From positions 249,675-313,674 of the forward strand of contig JBGAOE010000004.1 of the NCBI GenBank assembly GCA_044221905.1: a DNA stretch of 64,000 nucleotides. The letters run 5' to 3'. The notes under the pieces are model-generated. The model searched no databases and was not told where the DNA came from. It saw only the letters and a list, made by a program, of their open reading frames with translations. Shown here one piece after another: positions 60,101 through 64,000 of the stretch (its first letter is position 1; every line of letters begins with the position of its first letter). Origin of the DNA: Bacteroidia bacterium. GTDB taxonomy: Bacteria > Bacteroidota > Bacteroidia > B-17B0 > Aurantibacillaceae. The position numbers and the translations under genes were made by a program.

Positions 60101-61816
60101 CGAACTAAATGAAACGGTGGCATTTGAAATACAGCTTTGTGCCACGTTAAATATGGTAATGGAACAGGTGCCAGGCGCCAGGCCGGTGGCCATCGGCCCT
60201 ATTTGACCCGATGGCAGCCAGGTATACGTATAGGGGCCTGCCCCCGAAGCGCTTACCGTAGCAGAGCCCAAACTGGCGCAGCTAATAGAGTTAACCGTGA
60301 ATGTAAGAGGAGGTGCGGGTGGATTAAAAACCACCAGCGATCCCGTAGCACTGGCTGTGCAGCCAAGCGCCGATGTGCCGGTAACCGTGTAGGTGGTTGA
60401 CGTATTGGCCACACCCGTTACAGCACCCGGCAAATTGCCCGGCTGCCAGGTATAACTCATAGCCCCTCCGGCAGTCATGGCAAAATTAGAGCCCTGGCAA
60501 ACAGTGGGAGAACTGGCCGTAACAGTGGGTGTAGGAAACACATATTGCATCAGCGTAGCTGTGTTGGTGCAGCCAAGGGCATCGGTTCCCGTTACGGTAT
60601 AAACTGTTTGCGCCGAAGGATTGGCAATGGCCGGCGTACCCAGAAGATTGCCGGGCTGCCAGGTGTATGTAACAGCTCCACCGGCCGAAAGATTTACGGG
60701 AGCTAAAGGACATACTGTGCCTGCCGTGGTGGCCGTTACCGTGGGCGGTGTAAAAACAGTGACCGTTATGGCGGCAACAAGCGCCGTACAGCCTTGCGGC
60801 GGAATAATATAAGCCTGGTAGGTGGTGGTAATGGTTGGGCTCACCACCATAGAATTGCTGGTGGAGCCATTGGCCACCCAGGTATTGGATAAGGGCCCCG
60901 ATATGTTTAACGTGGTGCTGCTGCCGGCACAAACAAACTGAGGAGAGGCTGTGAGCATAATGGTGGAGCCGTAGCTGAATGTAACCCGCCCGTTGCCCGC
61001 ATGTACAGCCGGAACGTTGAACTGGTTGGACCCAGAATTAAAGGAGCCTCCTCCCCCTCCGGCACCGTTGCAATTACCTACCCCCGAGCTTCCTCCTCCG
61101 CCGCCGCCGGAGTAACCGCCGCCGCCGCTTCCGCCATTAGGACTTAACCCGCAGGTGGTGTTAAATACATTAGATCCGCCACCGCCGCCATATCCGCCGG
61201 TGCTTGAGCCCCCGGCACCGCCTAAAGTATAGGCGCTGCCGCCGTTGGCCCCTACGCCGCTGCTGCCGCTGCCTGTTAACCCGCCGCCGCCGGCCGCGTT
61301 GCTTTGCGGAATAAACGCCGCACCACCACCGCTGCCGCCACTGCCGCCCGCTCCGCCGGTGTATTGCCCGGCCTCACCGGTTTGCAGCGTAGTGCCACCT
61401 ATGGCCGTGTAATTGCTATTGCTCCCAAACTGGCCGGTGCCACCGCCACCCCCCGCCACTACATATGGATTATTCAGAAGATCGGTAACAAAAGAGCCGC
61501 CGCCCCCACCGGCGCCTGATATCGGAGAACCTACGCCACCAGCCTGCCCCACAAGAATCCGAAAAACCTGGCCGGGAGTTACGGTAAACACCCCAATCAT
61601 CAGGGCACCTTTTCCGCCATCGTTCCCGCCCTGTGCACCGCGCACATCAATGGTCATTATAGACACGCAGCCTGGCACTGTAAACGTTTGCAGGGCACCC
61701 GAATAATTAAATACCTGCGTAGTGATCTGTGCTTTTACACCGTTCAGGAAAAAAAACAAAAGCAGAACTTGAAAGAAAACTCTTTGAGTGATCAGTTTAT
61801 TTACAGAAAATTTCAA
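57173..61816 (-). CDS. T9SS type-B (gliding-motility-associated CTD) adhesin-like protein, 1547 aa, with an N-terminal glycine-rich domain, Ig/SprB-like repeats and PKD
   Basis: FNYSGALQTFTVP...GAQGG...GGGGG domain, many CxGxxxxLxAxGxxxYxW repeats, IPNTFTPNNDGMNDTFKP...IFDRWG...GWDG CTD. Confidence 0.9.
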   Translation of the reverse strand: MKFSVNKLITQRVFFQVLLLFFFLNGVKAQITTQVFNYSGALQTFTVPGCVSIMTIDVRGAQGGNDGGKGALMIGVFTVTPGQVFRILVGQAGGVGSPISGAGGGGGSFVTDLLNNPYVVAGGGGGTGQFGSNSNYTAIGGTTLQTGEAGQYTGGAGGSGGSGGGAAFIPQSNAAGGGGLTGSGSSGVGANGGSAYTLGGAGGSSTGGYGGGGGSNVFNTTCGLSPNGGSGGGGYSGGGGGGSSGVGNCNGAGGGGGSFNSGSNQFNVPAVHAGNGRVTFSYGSTIMLTASPQFVCAGSSTTLNISGPLSNTWVANGSTSNSMVVSPTITTTYQAYIIPPQGCTALVAAITVTVFTPPTVTATTAGTVCPLAPVNLSAGGAVTYTWQPGNLLGTPAIANPSAQTVYTVTGTDALGCTNTATLMQYVFPTPTVTASSPTVCQGSNFAMTAGGAMSYTWQPGNLPGAVTGVANTSTTYTVTGTSALGCTASATGSLVVFNPPAPPLTFTVNSISCASLGSATVSASGAGPYTYTWLPSGQIGPMATGLAPGTCSITIFNVAQSCISNATVSFSSAQPFTGTLNNTASLTCNGVNNGTANVTNITGGSPNPSFFWTDGAVFSSLPNPATLSAGNWSVTVTDALTGCSFSNTFVITQPPALTLNLASGSATTCASTSVALTSTLSGGVQPYQFNWIGGPTTASYAAVPAFGGSYVYTLNATDFNGCPISDTIGITVTNNPTLSVSNVSICPGSTGQLTVSGSAGSTYLWNTGTIGAVLSDNPLSTTPYIVVASAFGCSTAATASMVVLPVMASPGSNSPLCDNDALQLTANSGAVSYSWTGPSSFTASVQNPGINPISMARAGVYSLTLTAVNGCTAAASTMVIVNPVPPLTALGSTVCTGQANTTLSASSFTSASYLWQGPLSFTSNAQSPTLTNPVPNASGNYTVTVTSVAGCTNMAVVQQLIVDPPVLTLTLSGTNFCAQAFNGSPNIITLSASGALNYGIAAPGSVFNYNPSGPSTYFSPLPPYNNAGVITITVSGSNNVCTVVKFVPLTIIANPTISATVPATVICAGQSFTHTMQGASAYTWGPATASLVTYNMGSMAVASPTSSSVYTVFGSSFGCSSPTQSVTVMVNALPTVSLTVDTAKICSGSSISLTAGGSATGYSWSPGTGLSAATGSMVTASLFASQQYTVIGTANNCSNSAVVYVKVLGLPSANINASRSSACIYDTVVFKGSGGKQYHWTGPYDFNMYGKNTSFVIGNLAQSGNYTLTVTDDNGCTGKAVVPITVYEIPQIRLQGAMAGCAPFCPDIKFERAFPGSSLIITSWQTGVQTQTTGVNFTTCLQQPGNHIVTCGFKDSFTGCANTQSFAVSVLAPPQANFIWEPLQPKEDEDVHFINASKGMGQQRWSWYFVNNSGPVSSHENPDLYFENTGVYAVALVVSDINQCADTIVKPITVAPDFGIYIPNTFTPNNDGMNDTFKPVTRGRGYYSMHIFDRWGAMIYHTSDINSGWDGSFLNQPCKNEEYVYLITMQTADGQKKEYKGMVTLIR

Positions 61817-61915
61817 AAGGGTGCTTATACTAGTTAAATAAAGATATAAAATTAGTTGACTTCAGCACGGTTCGGTTTTGTTAAAACTATAATAATTGAT
61901 TAACAACGGCACAAT

Positions 61916-61951
61916 AAAAAAGCCGGCAATGGGTATCCAGGCCGGCTTTTT
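61916..61951 (-). terminator. Intrinsic terminator after htpG
   Basis: aaaaagccggc...gccggcttttt. Confidence 0.8.
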
Positions 61952-61968
61952 AATACAGTTCTGAAAAC

Positions 61969-63867
61969 TTAAATAAGCTCCACGCTGCGTTTGATAAACT
62001 TGGTAAGACTTTCTCCTTTTAAAAGGCCTTGTGACAGCAATGCCAGGTCGGAAGCTTGCTTGGCCAGCTCCTTTTGTTTTTCGGCATCGTGTTCGGCCAG
62101 TATTTTTGAAATGAGGGGGTGATTTGAATTAACAACCAGGTTATACATATCGGGCATATTGCCATAAAACCCCATCGATCCGCCTCCCAATTGATTCATA
62201 TCTTTCATACGGCGCATAAACTCGGGGCGGGTAATCAGCATGGGCGAATCTTTTTCGCTCAGGTTTTCAAACACTACCTGGAATTGCTCTTTATTTACAG
62301 CACTTTCAAGAATTGCCTGTAGTTTCTTTTGCTCCTCTTCGGTAATTTTACTCACCGTATTCTCGTCTTTTTTTATCAGCTTATCAATGGTATCAGCATC
62401 CACACGCACAAAAGAAGTGTCTTTCATCTTGCCTTCCATAAAGTTGATAAAATGCGGATCGAGCATGGTTTCCATCAGCAGCACCTCATAACCCCTGTCT
62501 TTGGCGGCATCAATATAGGCATGCTGCTCCTGCACATTGGTGGCATATAAATAGATAAGCTTTTTATCCTTATCTGTCTGGGCCGGTTTTACGTGGTTCT
62601 CAAACTCCTCGAAAGTAAAAAATTTGTTATCCGCGGTTTTAAGCAGGGCAAACTTAGTAGCCTTTTCATAAAACTTCTCATCGCTGATCATGCCATATTG
62701 AACAAATATTTTAATATCGTCCCATTTTTTCTCAAAATCGGCGCGTTCTTTTTTAAAGAGCTCTTCCAGCTTATCGGCCACTTTTTTGGTGATGTGACCT
62801 GATATTTTTTTCACATTGCCATCGGCCTGTAGATAGCTGCGGCTTACGTTCAGCGGGATATCAGGACTGTCTATCACCCCGCGCAGCAGGGTTAAAAAAT
62901 CAGGCACAATATTCTCAACATTATCGGTAACGTAAACCTGGTTTGAATAAAGCTGGATCCGGTCTTTAGGCATTTCGAGCTTATTGCTCAGGCGCGGAAA
63001 ATATAAAATGCCGGTAAGGCTAAAGGGGTAATCCACATTTAAGTGAATGTGAAACAAAGGCTCCTCAAACTGCATGGGATACAGCTCGCGGTAAAAACTT
63101 TTGTAATCCTCGTCTTTCAGCTCCGAAGGTTTTTTGGTCCAGGCCGGGTTGGGGTTATTGATGATGTTATCTACCTCCACTTCAACCTCCTTCACATCTT
63201 CGGCTTTTTCACCCTCCTTCAGTTCGGGCTTTACCCATTGTTTTTTAGTGCCGAATTTTATTTCAACCGGCAAAAACTTACAGTATTTTTTAAGCAGTTC
63301 TTCAATTTTAAAGCTTTCGAGGTATTCCTCGCAATCTTCGGCAATATGCAGCACAATGTTAGTGCCGCGCTGTGCCTTGTTGGAGATCTCCTCTATTTTA
63401 TACTCGGGGCTGCCATCGCACTCCCAATGCACCGCCTTTGCGCCTTCCTTGTACGATAAGGAAAAGATCTCTACCTTTTTAGCCACCATAAACGCCGAGT
63501 AAAAACCCAGGCCAAAATGGCCTATCACAACGTTTTTATCCACTTTATCCTTATACTTGTTTACAAACTCCTCTGCCCCGCTGAAAGCGATCTGCGCAAT
63601 GTATTTCTCCACCTCGTCCTTGGTCATGCCAATGCCCTTGTCTTTAATGGTAAGGGTTTTGGAGGCCTTGTCCACTTCCACCTCTATCCGGGTGTCGCCC
63701 AGGTTTCCTTTTGCTTCGCCAAGGTTGGTAAGCGCTTTCAGCTTTTGAGTGGCGTCTACCGCATTGCTCACCAGCTCCCGCAAAAATATTTCATTATCGC
63801 TGTAAAGAAATTTTTTAATGATCGGGAAGATGTTCTCGGTTTGTACGTTTATTTTTCCTGTGCTCAT
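61969..63867 (-). CDS. htpG: Molecular chaperone HtpG (Hsp90)
   Basis: LYSDNEIFLRELVSNAVDA, DKGIGM, GHFGLGFYSAF, LNVSRSYLQ. Confidence 0.98.
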   Translation of the reverse strand: MSTGKINVQTENIFPIIKKFLYSDNEIFLRELVSNAVDATQKLKALTNLGEAKGNLGDTRIEVEVDKASKTLTIKDKGIGMTKDEVEKYIAQIAFSGAEEFVNKYKDKVDKNVVIGHFGLGFYSAFMVAKKVEIFSLSYKEGAKAVHWECDGSPEYKIEEISNKAQRGTNIVLHIAEDCEEYLESFKIEELLKKYCKFLPVEIKFGTKKQWVKPELKEGEKAEDVKEVEVEVDNIINNPNPAWTKKPSELKDEDYKSFYRELYPMQFEEPLFHIHLNVDYPFSLTGILYFPRLSNKLEMPKDRIQLYSNQVYVTDNVENIVPDFLTLLRGVIDSPDIPLNVSRSYLQADGNVKKISGHITKKVADKLEELFKKERADFEKKWDDIKIFVQYGMISDEKFYEKATKFALLKTADNKFFTFEEFENHVKPAQTDKDKKLIYLYATNVQEQHAYIDAAKDRGYEVLLMETMLDPHFINFMEGKMKDTSFVRVDADTIDKLIKKDENTVSKITEEEQKKLQAILESAVNKEQFQVVFENLSEKDSPMLITRPEFMRRMKDMNQLGGGSMGFYGNMPDMYNLVVNSNHPLISKILAEHDAEKQKELAKQASDLALLSQGLLKGESLTKFIKRSVELI

Positions 63868-63899
63868 GTCTTTATCTTTTGTAATTGTCGTTTTTGGAC

Positions 63900-63915
63900 T
63901 ACAAAAATAATACCA
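63900..63915 (-). promoter_or_regulatory. Putative sigma54-like promoter of htpG
   Basis: TGGTATTATTTTTGTA on the minus strand, GG-N10-GT, 33 nt before the ATG. Confidence 0.5.
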
Positions 63916-63928
63916 CCGGCGCTAATAA

Positions 63929-63941
63929 TGACAAAATGTCA
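63929..63941. promoter_or_regulatory. Perfect palindrome TGACA-N3-TGTCA upstream of the htpG promoter
   Basis: TGACAAAATGTCA read directly from the sequence. Confidence 0.55.
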
Positions 63942-64000
63942 AAAGACCCTGCGGTTTATTTTTTACAGCCATCATTTCTTAGCCAAAAAGTACTACATTT

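Noticed and set aside
61090-61520. GGC/GCC-rich tracts read as microsatellites or contingency loci
   Set aside because: They are mixed Gly codons within an intact frame, not pure tandem repeats.

Overview
Chromosomal segment of a Bacteroidota bacterium. Evidence for that assignment: nine T9SS-sorted proteins, the porD-coaBC-rpoZ-bamD cluster, TAnnTTTG -7 promoters and A-rich starts without Shine-Dalgarno sequences. The backbone is housekeeping genes (gyrA, clpC, clpS, pruA, mnmD, fsa, rpsO, pnp, rpsP, coaBC, rpoZ, bamD, htpG), interspersed with large secreted adhesin, lectin-like or protease genes (8 type-A CTD, 1 type-B CTD) and a 2058-aa TPR/PD40/coiled-coil/3xSPOR protein. The strongest non-routine signal is an AT-rich array of three promoterless gene cassettes at about 36.47-38.24 kb. 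The cassettes are separated by attC-like hairpins, and each cassette's own two ends are complementary, which is the footprint of integron-type excision and integration. The site geometry differs from canonical attC and no integrase lies in the window. Other notable signals: a 24-nt mini-hairpin inserted at the same position of REP-like repeats, a shared sigma54-like promoter motif before clpC and htpG, two neighbouring genes that lack a canonical start codon, and degenerate 7-nt periodic intergenic arrays. No rRNA, tRNA, CRISPR array, IS transposase or prophage was recognised. All calls come from motif reading by eye; no database search was run.
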